Source: Escherichia coli (GTDB lineage Bacteria; Pseudomonadota; Gammaproteobacteria; Enterobacterales; Enterobacteriaceae). From it: a stretch of 64,000 bases of DNA. Position numbers and translations under genes: made by a program. The notes beneath the pieces were generated by a model, which saw only the letters and a list, made by a program, of their open reading frames with translations, made no database searches and had not been told where the DNA came from. Positions 11,756 to 24,220 of the stretch are shown in pieces. Numbering within the stretch: the first letter of the stretch is position 1; each line of letters begins with the position of its first letter. Where the stretch lies: assembly GCF_003334355.1 (NCBI RefSeq), contig NZ_QOWP01000020.1. One strand, given 5' to 3'.

Positions 11756-12271
11756 ATGCTGAGATTACTTGAAGAAAAAATTGCCACGCCACTGGGTCCA
11801 CTGTGGGTGATTTGCGATGAGCAATTTCGCCTGCGGGCGGTTGAATGGGAAGAGTACAGCGAACGCATGGTGCAGCTGCTGGACATCCATTATCGCAAAG
11901 AAGGCTATGAGCGCATTTCTGCCACCAATCCAGGCGGTTTAAGCGACAAGCTTCGTGAATATTTTGCCGGTAATCTTAGCATTATTGATACGCTTCCCAC
12001 TGCTACGGGGGGGACGCCATTTCAGCGCGAAGTCTGGAAAACACTACGCACTATCCCCTGCGGGCAGGTAATGCATTACGGCCAACTGGCTGAGCAATTG
12101 GGCCGTCCTGGCGCGGCGCGTGCCGTTGGTGCGGCAAACGGATCGAATCCCATCAGCATCGTCGTACCTTGCCATCGGGTTATTGGCCGAAACGGCACCA
12201 TGACCGGATATGCAGGCGGAGTTCAGCGAAAAGAGTGGTTATTGCGCCATGAAGGTTATCTTTTGCTGTAA
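11756..12271 (+). CDS. ogt: O6-alkylguanine-DNA alkyltransferase Ogt
   Basis: 171-aa ORF with active-site PCHRV motif. Confidence 0.94.
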
Positions 12272-12432
12272 ACATTAAACAATTTGTGCCAGCTTGTTCA
12301 CACTTTTATGTAAAGTTACCCTTAGCAACTTAAGGGTTTTCAAATAGATAGACATATATTTACATCTAATATCGGAATTCTCTGCTGTTAAGGTTTGCTT
12401 AGGCTTACTTGCTCCCTAAAAAGATGTTAAAA

Positions 12433-12446
12433 TTGACAAATATCAA
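12433..12446. promoter_or_regulatory. FNR-box-like palindrome in the fnr promoter region
   Basis: ttgacaaatatcaa is close to the FNR consensus TTGAT-N4-ATCAA, about 20-30 nt upstream of the fnr start; consistent with known fnr autoregulation. Confidence 0.6.
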
Positions 12447-12465
12447 TTACGGCTTGAGCAGACCT

Positions 12466-13218
12466 ATGATCCCGGAAAAGCGAATTATACGGCGCATTCA
12501 GTCTGGCGGTTGTGCTATCCATTGCCAGGATTGCAGCATCAGCCAGCTTTGCATCCCGTTCACACTCAACGAACATGAGCTTGATCAGCTTGATAATATC
12601 ATTGAGCGGAAGAAGCCTATTCAGAAAGGCCAGACGCTGTTTAAGGCTGGTGATGAACTTAAATCGCTTTATGCCATCCGCTCCGGTACGATTAAAAGTT
12701 ATACCATCACTGAGCAAGGCGACGAGCAAATCACTGGTTTCCATTTAGCAGGCGACCTGGTGGGATTTGACGCCATCGGCAGCGGCCATCACCCGAGCTT
12801 CGCGCAGGCGCTGGAAACCTCGATGGTATGTGAAATCCCGTTCGAAACGCTGGACGATTTGTCCGGTAAAATGCCGAATCTGCGTCAGCAGATGATGCGT
12901 CTGATGAGCGGTGAAATCAAAGGCGATCAGGACATGATCCTGCTGTTGTCGAAGAAAAATGCCGAGGAACGTCTGGCTGCATTCATCTACAACCTGTCCC
13001 GTCGTTTTGCCCAACGCGGCTTCTCCCCTCGTGAATTCCGCCTGACGATGACTCGTGGCGATATCGGTAACTATCTGGGCCTGACGGTAGAAACCATCAG
13101 CCGTCTGCTGGGTCGCTTCCAGAAAAGCGGCATGCTGGCAGTCAAAGGTAAATACATCACCATCGAAAATAACGATGCGCTGGCCCAGCTTGCTGGTCAT
13201 ACGCGTAACGTTGCCTGA
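12466..13218 (+). CDS. fnr: fumarate/nitrate reduction global regulator FNR
   Basis: ORF 12409..13218; true start ATG at 12466 ([29 protein letters not shown]...), 250 aa; N-terminal Cys cluster plus CRP-type HTH. Confidence 0.96.
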
Positions 13219-13369
13219 TTTTTCCGCATAACTCACTATCCTTCTGTCATATCATTAAATTTTTCTGATTTATTGATCTGGCAGAAGGTTCATCACTGTT
13301 TCATTCACCAGATATGGGTTAATCTTTTAATTACAAACTGCGTTGACAGTTGTTGTAAGGAGACCCTGT

Positions 13370-14320
13370 ATGGCTATGTATCAGAACATGCTCGTTGTTA
13401 TCGATCCTAACCAGGACGACCAACCAGCATTGCGGCGAGCTGTTTATTTACATCAACGGATTGGTGGCAAAATTAAAGCCTTTTTGCCGATCTATGACTT
13501 CTCATACGAAATGACCACCCTGCTCTCCCCGGACGAACGTACCGCTATGCGTCAGGGCGTCATCAGCCAGCGTACAGCCTGGATCCACGAGCAGGCAAAA
13601 TATTATCTCAATGCTGGCGTTCCCATTGAAATTAAAGTGGTCTGGCATAACCGTCCTTTCGAAGCCATCATTCAGGAAGTGATCAGCGGCGGGCACGATT
13701 TGGTGCTAAAAATGGCGCACCAACATGACCGTCTGGAAGCGGTGATTTTTACGCCAACGGACTGGCATCTGTTACGCAAATGCCCAAGCCCGGTGTGGAT
13801 GGTGAAAGACCAGCCGTGGCCGGAAGGAGGTAAGGCGCTGGTGGCGGTGAATCTCGCCAGTGAAGAGCCGTATCATAATGCGCTCAATGAAAAACTGGTC
13901 AAAGAGACGATCGAACTGGCAGAACAAGTCAACCATACCGAAGTTCATCTGGTTGGCGCTTACCCAGTAACGCCAATTAATATCGCGATTGAACTGCCGG
14001 AATTTGATCCGAGCGTTTATAACGATGCCATTCGTGGGCAACATTTGCTGGCAATGAAAGCCCTGCGGCAGAAATTCGGCATTAATGAAAACATGACGCA
14101 CGTAGAAAAAGGTCTGCCAGAAGAGGTGATTCCTGATTTGGCGGAGCACTTACAGGCGGGGATTGTGGTTCTGGGCACGGTAGGACGCACCGGTATTTCA
14201 GCAGCATTCCTCGGCAACACGGCGGAACAGGTGATTGATCATCTTCGCTGCGACCTGCTGGTCATTAAACCTGACCAGTATCAGACACCCGTTGAACTGG
14301 ATGACGAAGAAGACGATTAA
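13370..14320 (+). CDS. uspE: tandem universal stress protein UspE
   Basis: ORF 13343..14320; likely start ATG at 13370 ([13 protein letters not shown]...), 316 aa; two Usp domains. Confidence 0.93.
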   Translation: MAMYQNMLVVIDPNQDDQPALRRAVYLHQRIGGKIKAFLPIYDFSYEMTTLLSPDERTAMRQGVISQRTAWIHEQAKYYLNAGVPIEIKVVWHNRPFEAIIQEVISGGHDLVLKMAHQHDRLEAVIFTPTDWHLLRKCPSPVWMVKDQPWPEGGKALVAVNLASEEPYHNALNEKLVKETIELAEQVNHTEVHLVGAYPVTPINIAIELPEFDPSVYNDAIRGQHLLAMKALRQKFGINENMTHVEKGLPEEVIPDLAEHLQAGIVVLGTVGRTGISAAFLGNTAEQVIDHLRCDLLVIKPDQYQTPVELDDEEDD

Positions 14321-14340
14321 CGACTCTTCAATAACTGACA

Positions 14341-14367
14341 AGGCCCGAGTTATCGGGCCTATTTTTT
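14341..14367 (+). terminator. intrinsic terminator after uspE
   Basis: Hairpin aggcccgagttatcgggcct followed by attttttac. Confidence 0.7.
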
Positions 14368-14369
14368 AC

Positions 14370-14627
14370 TTACTGCTCTTCGCCGCCAAGGAAATAAATT
14401 CCCAACGGGATTGCCAGCAACACAGTAAAGACCAGGCTATAAACAAAAATCATCGATGACTGAATCACATACATTGATGTCGTCCACTCAGACAGCGGAA
14501 TATTGTACTGTTCTATAACGCCGCCGATGGTCGCGCGAGTCACAACCGACGCCGCAATAATGAAAACCGCCAACAAACCAAAGAGAAATTTCTTCCCTTT
14601 CGCTGACTTCAGTTTCGCCATAATCAT
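14370..14627 (-). CDS. ynaJ: small inner-membrane protein YnaJ
   Basis: 85-aa ORF with two predicted transmembrane segments. Confidence 0.8.
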   Translation of the reverse strand: MIMAKLKSAKGKKFLFGLLAVFIIAASVVTRATIGGVIEQYNIPLSEWTTSMYVIQSSMIFVYSLVFTVLLAIPLGIYFLGGEEQ

Positions 14628-14870
14628 GATGTAATCCTTGTGCAGACAAATTTCTTGTTACCTAAACGTAACAATACCATGACATTTCACCGTTGTCTGC
14701 TCTGAAAACCTCACCTCTTAGCTGGATTTACAATCAACGCATTGATTAGTTAGCTAATGTTGCTACTTCCTTCCCTGACTATTGATGATCTGAATGAATT
14801 GTCGCGGTAAAATAGCCCCGCCAGGGGTTTCCGGCATGACGACAATTATCTGGAGGAGCCTGATAAAACA

Positions 14871-15902
14871 ATGATCGCTGAACTGTTTACAAATAATGCG
14901 CTTAATCTGGTCATTATTTTCGGTAGCTGCGCAGCATTGATTCTGATGAGCTTTTGGTTTCGCCGTGGAAATCGTAAAAGAAAAGGATTTTTATTCCATG
15001 CGGTGCAATTTTTAATCTACACCATAATTATCAGTGCTGTTGGTAGCATTATTAATTATGTTATAGAAAACTATAAACTCAAATTTATCACTCCAGGCGT
15101 TATCGATTTTATCTGTACGTCCCTGATTGCGGTTATTCTGACGATTAAGCTATTTCTGCTGATTAATCAGTTTGAAAAACAGCAGATTAAAAAAGGTCGC
15201 GATATCACCAGTGCGCGGATTATGTCGCGTATCATCAAAATCACCATTATTGTGGTGCTTGTTCTGCTTTATGGCGAACATTTCGGCATGAGCCTTTCTG
15301 GCTTGCTGACCTTTGGTGGTATTGGTGGTCTGGCTGTCGGTATGGCCGGTAAAGATATTCTGAGTAACTTCTTTTCCGGGATTATGCTCTATTTCGACCG
15401 TCCTTTCAGTATTGGCGACTGGATCCGTTCACCGGACAGAAATATCGAAGGTACAGTAGCGGAAATTGGCTGGCGAATTACCAAAATTACGACCTTTGAT
15501 AATCGTCCATTGTACGTACCGAACTCGCTGTTTTCGTCGATCAGCGTAGAAAACCCAGGACGAATGACCAACCGCCGCATTACCACGACCATTGGTTTAC
15601 GTTATGAGGATGCGGCAAAAGTGGGCGTTATTGTCGAAGCTGTACGTGAGATGCTGAAAAATCACCCGGCCATCGACCAGCGACAAACCTTACTGGTTTA
15701 TTTCAACCAGTTTGCTGACTCTTCATTGAATATTATGGTTTATTGCTTTACCAAAACCACGGTATGGGCTGAATGGCTTGCTGCACAGCAAGACGTTTAT
15801 TTGAAGATTATCGATATTGTACAGTCACACGGCGCGGACTTTGCCTTCCCCAGCCAGACGCTGTATATGGATAACATTACACCGCCGGAACAGGGTCGCT
15901 AA
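14871..15902 (+). CDS. ynaI: MscS-family mechanosensitive channel YnaI
   Basis: 343-aa ORF; N-terminal transmembrane helices plus MscS beta-domain; good RBS (ggaggag). Confidence 0.92.
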
Positions 15903-15952
15903 ATCAGACATCACTGGCGTTATGCACAAGGGTAACGCCAGTTCCCATCACA

Positions 15953-17566
15953 TCAATGCTTCACAATATACATAGTCCGACTGTACGCCACATCTTCAGG
16001 ATTATTAATGGGATAACCTTTCAGCCACGGCTTGATTAATCGTCCATTGGTATATTGATAAATTGGTGCAATCGGTGCTTGCTCCATGAGGATTTTTTCT
16101 GCCGCGTTGTAATCGGCATTACGCGCTTTAACGGTATTTTCCGTCGATGCCTGGGCCAGAACTTTGTCATATGCCGGATTGTTAAAGCGTGAAATATTTC
16201 CTGAATGCGTTGACGTTAATAATGTCAGGAAAGTGGAGGGTTCATTATAATCCCCCACCCACGAGGCGCGGATAACATCAAAATTGCCGGTGTTACGGCT
16301 ATCGATATAGGTTTTCCATTCCTGATTTTGCAATTTAACATCTACGCCAAGGTTCTTTTTCCACATCGATGCTACAGCAATCGCAATTTTTTGATGGTTT
16401 TCTGAAGTGTTATACAAAAGCGTCAGCTTCAGCGGTTTTTGCGGACCATAACCAGCTGCGCTCAACAAAGTTTTTGCCTGCGCATTCAGTTCTTCCTGAC
16501 TCATTTGTTCAAACGGCGAAGGTTCCGGCGTAAATCCCGCGGTAACATCTGGTGTAAAATGCCACGCTGGCTTTTCGCCCGTCCCTAATACTTTTTCGGT
16601 CATCAGGCGGCGATCTATCGTCATACTTAATGCCAGACGAACGCGCTGATCTGCCGTCGGCCCTTTTTGCGTGTTAAACGCATAATAATAGGTCCCGAGC
16701 TGCGGCGGCGTATAAACCTGCCCCGGAATATCCTTCAACAGCTTCTGATACATATTTTTCGGGAAGGATTCGGTGATATCAATATCCCCCGCGAGGTAAC
16801 GCTTAGTGGCTGCGGATTCCTGATTAATTGGCAGGAAGGTCACTTTTTGCAGTACCGTTTTGGCGTTATCCCAATAATGGGTATTCGGTACCACGACCAG
16901 TTTTTCATTGACTACGCGCTCTTTAAGAACATAAGCGCCATTGCCGATCAGATTTCCGGGTTTCGTCCACTCTTTACCGCTTTCTACGTTGGCTTTTTGC
17001 ACCGGGAAGAAGGCAAAGTTAGCGGTTAAATTCACAAACCACGGCAACGGTTTATCAAGCTGAATTTTCAAAGTATGGGCATCAACTGCGGTGACGCCAA
17101 GCTGGTCAGGCGTAGCTTTACCATCAATAATCGCCTGTGCGTTGTTGATTCCCGCCAGCGCGGCAAACCATGCAAATGGCGACAATGTTTTTGGGTCCAC
17201 CAGACGTTGCCAGCTGTAGACAAAATCTTGCGCCGTTACCGGTGTGCCATCCGCCCATTTTGCGTTATCGCGCAGGGTAAAAGTCCAGATACGGTTGTCA
17301 TTACTTTTCCACTGAGTCGCAACGCCGGGGACAATCTCCCCTTTTTCGTTCTGATTCACCAGACCTTCAAACAGATCGCGAATGACCTGAATCTCTGGCA
17401 GGCCCACGGCTTTAGCGGGATCCAGCGACGCAGGCTCATCTTTAATGTGGCGCACCAGCTCCTGCTTCTCTGCCAGTACTGTGCCGCTCGGAACTTCTGC
17501 AGCATACGAAAGAGAAATGCTGCTGACCAACAGCGCACAACACGTGACTGAAACAGAGTGCTTCAT
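15953..17566 (-). CDS. mppA: periplasmic murein tripeptide-binding protein MppA (OppA paralog)
   Basis: ORF 15953..17587; likely start at 17566 (MKHSVSVTCCALLVSS...), 537 aa; signal peptide; SBP family 5. Confidence 0.93.
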   Translation of the reverse strand: MKHSVSVTCCALLVSSISLSYAAEVPSGTVLAEKQELVRHIKDEPASLDPAKAVGLPEIQVIRDLFEGLVNQNEKGEIVPGVATQWKSNDNRIWTFTLRDNAKWADGTPVTAQDFVYSWQRLVDPKTLSPFAWFAALAGINNAQAIIDGKATPDQLGVTAVDAHTLKIQLDKPLPWFVNLTANFAFFPVQKANVESGKEWTKPGNLIGNGAYVLKERVVNEKLVVVPNTHYWDNAKTVLQKVTFLPINQESAATKRYLAGDIDITESFPKNMYQKLLKDIPGQVYTPPQLGTYYYAFNTQKGPTADQRVRLALSMTIDRRLMTEKVLGTGEKPAWHFTPDVTAGFTPEPSPFEQMSQEELNAQAKTLLSAAGYGPQKPLKLTLLYNTSENHQKIAIAVASMWKKNLGVDVKLQNQEWKTYIDSRNTGNFDVIRASWVGDYNEPSTFLTLLTSTHSGNISRFNNPAYDKVLAQASTENTVKARNADYNAAEKILMEQAPIAPIYQYTNGRLIKPWLKGYPINNPEDVAYSRTMYIVKH

Positions 17567-17902
17567 AAGTTTCCCTCTAACCGACATTAAAATTGATGCG
17601 TAATTATTTGTTTCGCCTTAAAGAAATGCAAACAACTTCCATCAAAAAAGTGACAAAGGAAGCATCAAATGTTTTAAGTATCAATATATCAAATCAGATT
17701 TAGTGTAAATAATAGTCTCCAAAATGCGGTAAAGCACATAGAACTCCGAACACTACGTTCGGGCTTCGCACGTTCAAACCCGTTTTCGGTATCATAATCA
17801 GCATCTGTCGCCATTGTACGAAGAATAAAAAATGACCAAAACGTTGAAAGGAACTGAGAATACGTTAAGAGAAGAATTAAATTAATGTATCAGCAAGTAG
17901 TG

Positions 17903-18802
17903 CTAAACAGCACCTTTATACTTCAGCCTATCTATAAATAATGAGAATGCCGAGCCAGCATGTCGACGGTGTGGATAGTACAGGTGATAACCGGGTAAAT
18001 CTGGTGTGAATTTATCCAAAACACGTATCAGTTTTTTTTCTTTAATAGCCCGCTCAACCTGATCATAAGGTAGATACGCCAATCCATGCCCATCAATTGC
18101 AGCATCAATGATCAGGTCTATCGTATTCAGTAAAAGCTGACCTTCCATGCGAACACGAACTTCACGTCCACCGCGTATTAATCTCCAGCGATTTGCTGTA
18201 CCCGATGTGGGAAGATACAAATTAATTGCCTGATGATCTATTAATTGTGACACTGACGTTGGAACACTTCGGCGAGAAAAATAATCCGGTGAGCCAACAA
18301 TAGCCATTGGTATATCTGGCCCGATTCGAATGGCGATCATATCTTTATCCATCTCCCCACCCAGACGGACGCCTGCATCAAAACGTTCAGAAACGACATC
18401 GGTCAAACCATAATCAATGGTGAGCTGAATATCAATTTCAGGATGCGATTTCAGGAATGTGCGCATTGCTGGTAACAATATCGTTTTTGCTGCATGTTCT
18501 ACAGTAGTAATACGTATTGTCCCGGATGGGCGGTTCTGCAGATCGCTCAGGGATGCCATGGCTGAATCTATGTCATGCAACATAGGGCCAAGAACAGACA
18601 AAAGATGCTCGCCCGCTTCAGTTGGAACAACGCTGCGCGTGGTTCGCGTCAGAAGCCGCAATCCCAATCGTTCTTCTATACGACGCACTATCTGGCTTAA
18701 AGCTGACTGCGCCATGCTCAGGCGGGCTGCTGCACGAGTGAAGCTACGCTCCTCTGCAACGACGACAAACGCCATCAGATCAGCGATTTCTTCACGCTTC
18801 AT
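17903..18802 (-). CDS. pgrR: LysR-family regulator PgrR (YcjZ)
   Basis: 299-aa ORF with N-terminal LysR HTH. Confidence 0.88.
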   Translation of the reverse strand: MKREEIADLMAFVVVAEERSFTRAAARLSMAQSALSQIVRRIEERLGLRLLTRTTRSVVPTEAGEHLLSVLGPMLHDIDSAMASLSDLQNRPSGTIRITTVEHAAKTILLPAMRTFLKSHPEIDIQLTIDYGLTDVVSERFDAGVRLGGEMDKDMIAIRIGPDIPMAIVGSPDYFSRRSVPTSVSQLIDHQAINLYLPTSGTANRWRLIRGGREVRVRMEGQLLLNTIDLIIDAAIDGHGLAYLPYDQVERAIKEKKLIRVLDKFTPDLPGYHLYYPHRRHAGSAFSLFIDRLKYKGAV

Positions 18803-18939
18803 TCAGTATCTCCATGCAATCTATTAATCATTTAAATGATAGGTCTAATCATGATTTTGGGTCTAATCAACTTAATGATCAATATCTATAGTGATATCAC
18901 CAACCGTTAAAACGAACCGACAACTCCATGAGGAACGGA

Positions 18940-19860
18940 ATGATGAATAATAAAGTCAGCTTCACTAACAGCAATAATCCAACCATCTCTTTGTCTGCAG
19001 TGATCTATTTCCCTCCAAAATTTGATGAAACCCGTCAGTATCAGGCAATTGTGTTATCTCACCCAGGTGGGGGCGTTAAAGAACAAACGGCCGGAACCTA
19101 TGCCAAAAAACTGGCGGAAAAGGGATTTGTCACTATTGCTTATGACGCATCTTATCAAGGTGAAAGTGGCGGCGAGCCGCGTCAGTTAGAAAACCCATAC
19201 ATTCGTACTGAAGACATCAGTGCCGTGATTGATTACCTGACAACGCTTTCTTATGTCGACAATACCCGAATTGGTGCGATGGGAATTTGTGCCGGTGCAG
19301 GATATACAGCCAATGCTGCAATTCAGGATCGCCGCATCAAGGCCATCGGTACCGTTAGTGCGGTCAATATTGGTTCGATATTCCGTAATGGTTGGGAAAA
19401 CAATGTGAAATCTATTGATGCCCTGCCATACGTTGAAGCGGGTTCAAACGCCAGAACCAGCGATATTAGCAGCGGAGAATACGCCATTATGCCACTGGCA
19501 CCAATGAAGGAGTCCGATGCGCCGAACGAAGAACTGCGTCAGGCCTGGGAGTATTACCACACCCCTCGCGCGCAGTATCCAACAGCACCGGGTTACGCTA
19601 CTTTGCGCAGCCTTAACCAGATTATTACCTATGATGCTTACCATATGGCGGAAGTGTACCTGACTCAGCCGACGCAGATTGTGGCGGGCAGCCAGGCAGG
19701 GAGCAAATGGATGAGTGACGACCTGTACGATCGAGCATCAAGCCAGGATAAACGCTATCACATTGTTGAAGGCGCAAACCATATGGATCTTTATGACGGC
19801 AAAGCCTATGTGGCTGAAGCAATTTCAGTATTAGCTCCGTTCTTTGAGGAAACTCTGTAA
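18940..19860 (+). CDS. ycjY: alpha/beta hydrolase YcjY
   Basis: ORF 18928..19860; alpha/beta hydrolase fold with GXCXG-type nucleophile elbow; the start at 18940 is a choice. Confidence 0.85.
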   Translation: MMNNKVSFTNSNNPTISLSAVIYFPPKFDETRQYQAIVLSHPGGGVKEQTAGTYAKKLAEKGFVTIAYDASYQGESGGEPRQLENPYIRTEDISAVIDYLTTLSYVDNTRIGAMGICAGAGYTANAAIQDRRIKAIGTVSAVNIGSIFRNGWENNVKSIDALPYVEAGSNARTSDISSGEYAIMPLAPMKESDAPNEELRQAWEYYHTPRAQYPTAPGYATLRSLNQIITYDAYHMAEVYLTQPTQIVAGSQAGSKWMSDDLYDRASSQDKRYHIVEGANHMDLYDGKAYVAEAISVLAPFFEETL

Positions 19861-19930
19861 TGAAACATATTCAAATCCGCAATAGTGATATGGCCTGGCA
19901 TATTGCTGCCAATAATCTGGGATAATTTTC

Positions 19931-20113
19931 ATGAAAAATGTACTGATTCTTGGTGCTGGCGGTCAGATAGCCCGCCATGTGATTAATCAACTGGCAGATA
20001 AGCAAACCATTAAACAAACTTTATTTGCCCGTCAGCCAGCAAAAATCCACAAACCCTATCCAACTAATAAAATGCAAACAACTTCCGGCAAAAAAGTGAT
20101 ACAAGATCGATGA
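19931..20113 (+). pseudogene. ymjC: remnant of an NAD(P)-binding oxidoreductase (ymjC-like fragment)
   Basis: 60-aa ORF MKNVLILGAGGQIARHV... is only the Rossmann N-terminus of an NmrA/SDR-like protein and is then truncated. Confidence 0.55.
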
Positions 20114-20194
20114 CATAGCGTTGAAGAAAAGGATTTGATAATCCGCAAAATTTGCACAACACTGCCTGTAATACTTCCTGAACCAGAGACGATC

Positions 20195-20897
20195 ATGACC
20201 GTAACCCGCCCACGCGCCGAACGCGGCGCATTTCCGCCCGGAACAGAACATTACGGACGTTCATTATTGGGCGCGCCGTTAATCTGGTTTCCTGCCCCTG
20301 CAGCCAGCCGCGAAAGTGGTTTGATTCTGGCTGGCACTCACGGTGATGAAAACTCTTCGGTCGTCACGCTCTCCTGTGCTCTGCGGACGTTGACACCTTC
20401 TTTGCGCCGTCATCATGTGGTGCTGTGTGTGAATCCTGACGGCTGCCAGTTGGGGTTACGGGCCAATGCTAATGGTGTGGATTTAAACAGAAACTTTCCG
20501 GCGGCGAACTGGAAGGAAGGTGAAACCGTTTATCGCTGGAACAGCGCCGCTGAAGAACGCGATGTCGTATTACTGACAGGTGACAAACCTGGCTCCGAAC
20601 CTGAAACCCAGGCGCTGTGCCAGCTTATACACCGCATTCAACCTGCCTGGGTGGTCTCATTCCACGATCCACTGGCCTGTATTGAAGATCCCAGACACAG
20701 CGAATTAGGCGAATGGCTGGCTCAGGCGTTTGAATTGCCTCTGGTAACCAGCGTCGGTTATGAAACGCCTGGCTCTTTCGGCAGTTGGTGTGCAGATCTG
20801 AACTTGCATTGCATCACCGCAGAGTTTCCGCCCATCTCCTCCGACGAAGCCAGCGAAAAATATCTCTTTGCGATGGCAAACTTGCTGCGCTGGCATC

Positions 20898-20923
<26 letters not shown>
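20195..20923 (+). CDS. mpaA: murein peptide amidase A (gamma-D-Glu-mDAP amidase)
   Basis: ORF 20135..20923; likely start ATG at 20195 (MTVTRPRAERG...), 242 aa; M14 carboxypeptidase-like. Confidence 0.9.
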
Positions 20924-21905
<982 letters not shown>

Positions 21906-21981
21906 ATAGCGTTTGCTGTGTTATTGACAGTTAGCATAAACTAGGTGTGACGTTAACTATATGTAAACAGGAAAGATAATC

Positions 21982-22488
21982 ATGTCACAAACCGTTCATT
22001 TCCAGGGCAACCCGGTTACAGTCGCCAATTCCATCCCGCAGGCGGGTAGCAAAGCGCAGACTTTTACTCTCGTGGCAAAAGATCTGTCTGACGTCACCCT
22101 CGGTCAGTTTGCGGGTAAACGCAAAGTGCTGAACATTTTCCCGAGTATTGATACCGGTGTTTGCGCCGCATCAGTACGTAAGTTTAACCAACTGGCAACC
22201 GAGATCGACAACACCGTTGTGCTGTGTATCTCTGCCGATCTGCCGTTCGCCCAGTCTCGTTTCTGCGGCGCAGAAGGTCTGAACAACGTTATCACCCTCT
22301 CCACTTTCCGTAACGCTGAATTTCTGCAAGCCTACGGTGTGGCAATTGCTGATGGCCCACTGAAAGGTCTGGCAGCGCGTGCCGTTGTGGTTATTGACGA
22401 AAATGACAATGTGATTTTCAGCCAGCTGGTGGATGAAATCACCACCGAGCCGGATTACGAAGCAGCTCTGGCTGTACTGAAAGCATAA
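21982..22488 (+). CDS. tpx: thiol peroxidase Tpx
   Basis: 168-aa ORF; matches E. coli Tpx. Confidence 0.96.
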   Translation: MSQTVHFQGNPVTVANSIPQAGSKAQTFTLVAKDLSDVTLGQFAGKRKVLNIFPSIDTGVCAASVRKFNQLATEIDNTVVLCISADLPFAQSRFCGAEGLNNVITLSTFRNAEFLQAYGVAIADGPLKGLAARAVVVIDENDNVIFSQLVDEITTEPDYEAALAVLKA

Positions 22489-22493
22489 TTTAA

Positions 22494-22525
22494 TATGCCT
22501 GATGGTGTTGCACCATCAGGCATAT
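22494..22525. terminator. hairpin between convergent tpx and tyrR
   Basis: Perfect inverted repeat atatgcctgatggtg/caccatcaggcatat; flanking U-tracts are weak. Confidence 0.5.
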
Positions 22526-22531
22526 TCGCGC

Positions 22532-24073
22532 TTACTCTTCGTTCTTCTTCTGACTCAGACCATATTCCCGCAACTTATTGGCAATCGCGGTATGTGAAAC
22601 GCCGAGACGTTTTGCCAGTTTGCGCGTGCTGGGATAATTGCGATAAAGCTGGGTTAATACCGAGCGTTCAAAACGGCTGGTGATTTCGTCCAGCGAACCT
22701 TCCATCGCATCTTCGCCCACGGCTACCGTTGCGGCGTCATAATCCGGCAACAAAATATCCTGTGGACGCAGCTCATAACCGTCCAGTTGTGTCAGTGCGC
22801 GATAGATAGCGTTCTTTAACTGCCGCACATTTCCCGGCCACGCATAACGCGTAAGTACAGTATTCAGGTCAGCGGCCAGTTTCGGACGCGGCACGCCCTG
22901 CTCGTCGGCAAAGCGGGCGACGAACAGCTCAGTTAACGGCATGATGTCCTGCGGACAGTCACGTAGCGGTGGCAGATTGAGCGTCAACACGTTCAGACGA
23001 TAATAGAGATCTTCACGGAACATGCCTTTTTGCACCAGTTCGACCAGATTCTTCTGCGTAGCGCAAATCACCCGCACATCGACATGCACCTCATGGTCTT
23101 CGCCAACCCGACGGAAAGTGCCATCATTAAGGAAACGCAGTAATTTCGCCTGCATCCGTGGTGACATTTCCCCTATTTCATCCAACAGCACCGAACCACC
23201 GTTCGCCTGCTCAAAGAATCCTTTCTTCCCTTCCGGAGCATGACCAAACAGTTCACTCTCGACCGCATCTTCCGGTATAGACGCACAGTTCAGCGCCAGG
23301 TAAGGTTTGCCCGCTCTGGGGCTTGCCTGATGGCAGGCGTAGGCAAAGAGATCTTTACCTGTACCTGTGTCACCCGTAATCAGCAGCGGCGCGCTTAGCA
23401 TCGCCAGTTTCTGCGCCTGTTCGACAACATGCTTCATTTTCGGGCTGACGGCGACAATTTGACTGAAGGCGCTGACGTCCTGGGCGGCGACATTTTGCAA
23501 CTGGCGGCCCATACGAATCGTTGATCGCAACATCACCACCGCACCGGTCAGGACGTGTTGATCATTTTCATCCTGAAGATAAACAGGCGTAATCTCCATC
23601 AGGAAATTCTGCCCATTAATAACGACATGCTCGTTATGCGAATCTTGCGGTTCGCTTTCCAGCCAACGTAAAAAATTAAAGCCGTTAATCAATTGTGCGG
23701 CGGTATGGTTGCGCAGGCGATCCAATTTTTGCCCAAAAAGCTGACAGCTCGCCGGGTTCGCCATATCCACTTTGCTTTTCATATCGACAGAGAGCACAGG
23801 TTCAGGCAACGCCTCCAGTAACGCGCTCAACGCCAGATGCTCACGTTCGGAAGGCATCCACGGGACAGTACGCACATCGGTAACACCCGCAATACGGCGT
23901 ATTTCGGCCATCAGACTGCTGAAACTCTCAAACTCCAGTTCAGCAAAATTGAGGTAGATTCGCCCAATGGGATCAATCTCAATACCGCGTAAATCAATGC
24001 CTCTTAGCACGAGTAGATCGAGTAATTCGCGGGTCAGACCGAGTCGGTCTTCACAAAAGACTTCCAGACGCAT
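22532..24073 (-). CDS. tyrR: sigma-54-type transcriptional regulator TyrR
   Basis: ORF 22532..24100; true start at 24073 (MRLEVFCEDRLGL...), 513 aa; AAA+ domain and C-terminal HTH. Confidence 0.96.
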   Translation of the reverse strand: MRLEVFCEDRLGLTRELLDLLVLRGIDLRGIEIDPIGRIYLNFAELEFESFSSLMAEIRRIAGVTDVRTVPWMPSEREHLALSALLEALPEPVLSVDMKSKVDMANPASCQLFGQKLDRLRNHTAAQLINGFNFLRWLESEPQDSHNEHVVINGQNFLMEITPVYLQDENDQHVLTGAVVMLRSTIRMGRQLQNVAAQDVSAFSQIVAVSPKMKHVVEQAQKLAMLSAPLLITGDTGTGKDLFAYACHQASPRAGKPYLALNCASIPEDAVESELFGHAPEGKKGFFEQANGGSVLLDEIGEMSPRMQAKLLRFLNDGTFRRVGEDHEVHVDVRVICATQKNLVELVQKGMFREDLYYRLNVLTLNLPPLRDCPQDIMPLTELFVARFADEQGVPRPKLAADLNTVLTRYAWPGNVRQLKNAIYRALTQLDGYELRPQDILLPDYDAATVAVGEDAMEGSLDEITSRFERSVLTQLYRNYPSTRKLAKRLGVSHTAIANKLREYGLSQKKNEE

Positions 24074-24143
24074 GGGAACCTTCACCTGAAAAAAGAACAA
24101 TTAATATGATGATATGACACTATTTGGATAGCAGGAAGGTTTC

Positions 24144-24161
24144 TGTCAACAATCATTGACA
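24144..24161. promoter_or_regulatory. candidate TyrR box upstream of tyrR
   Basis: Palindrome tgtcaacaatcattgaca resembles the TyrR-box consensus TGTAAA-N6-TTTACA, about 70-90 nt upstream of the tyrR start. Confidence 0.4.
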
Positions 24162-24220
24162 CAAAGACGGAAAAACGGGCACTTCGGCGTAAAGATATCC
24201 GGTCAGCACCCGATATTGCA

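Noticed and set aside
12745-13236. 163-aa minus-strand ORF antisense to fnr, plus similar antisense ORFs in uspE, pspA and puuB
   Set aside because: All lie within strongly supported genes on the other strand and have no start context or homology signal.
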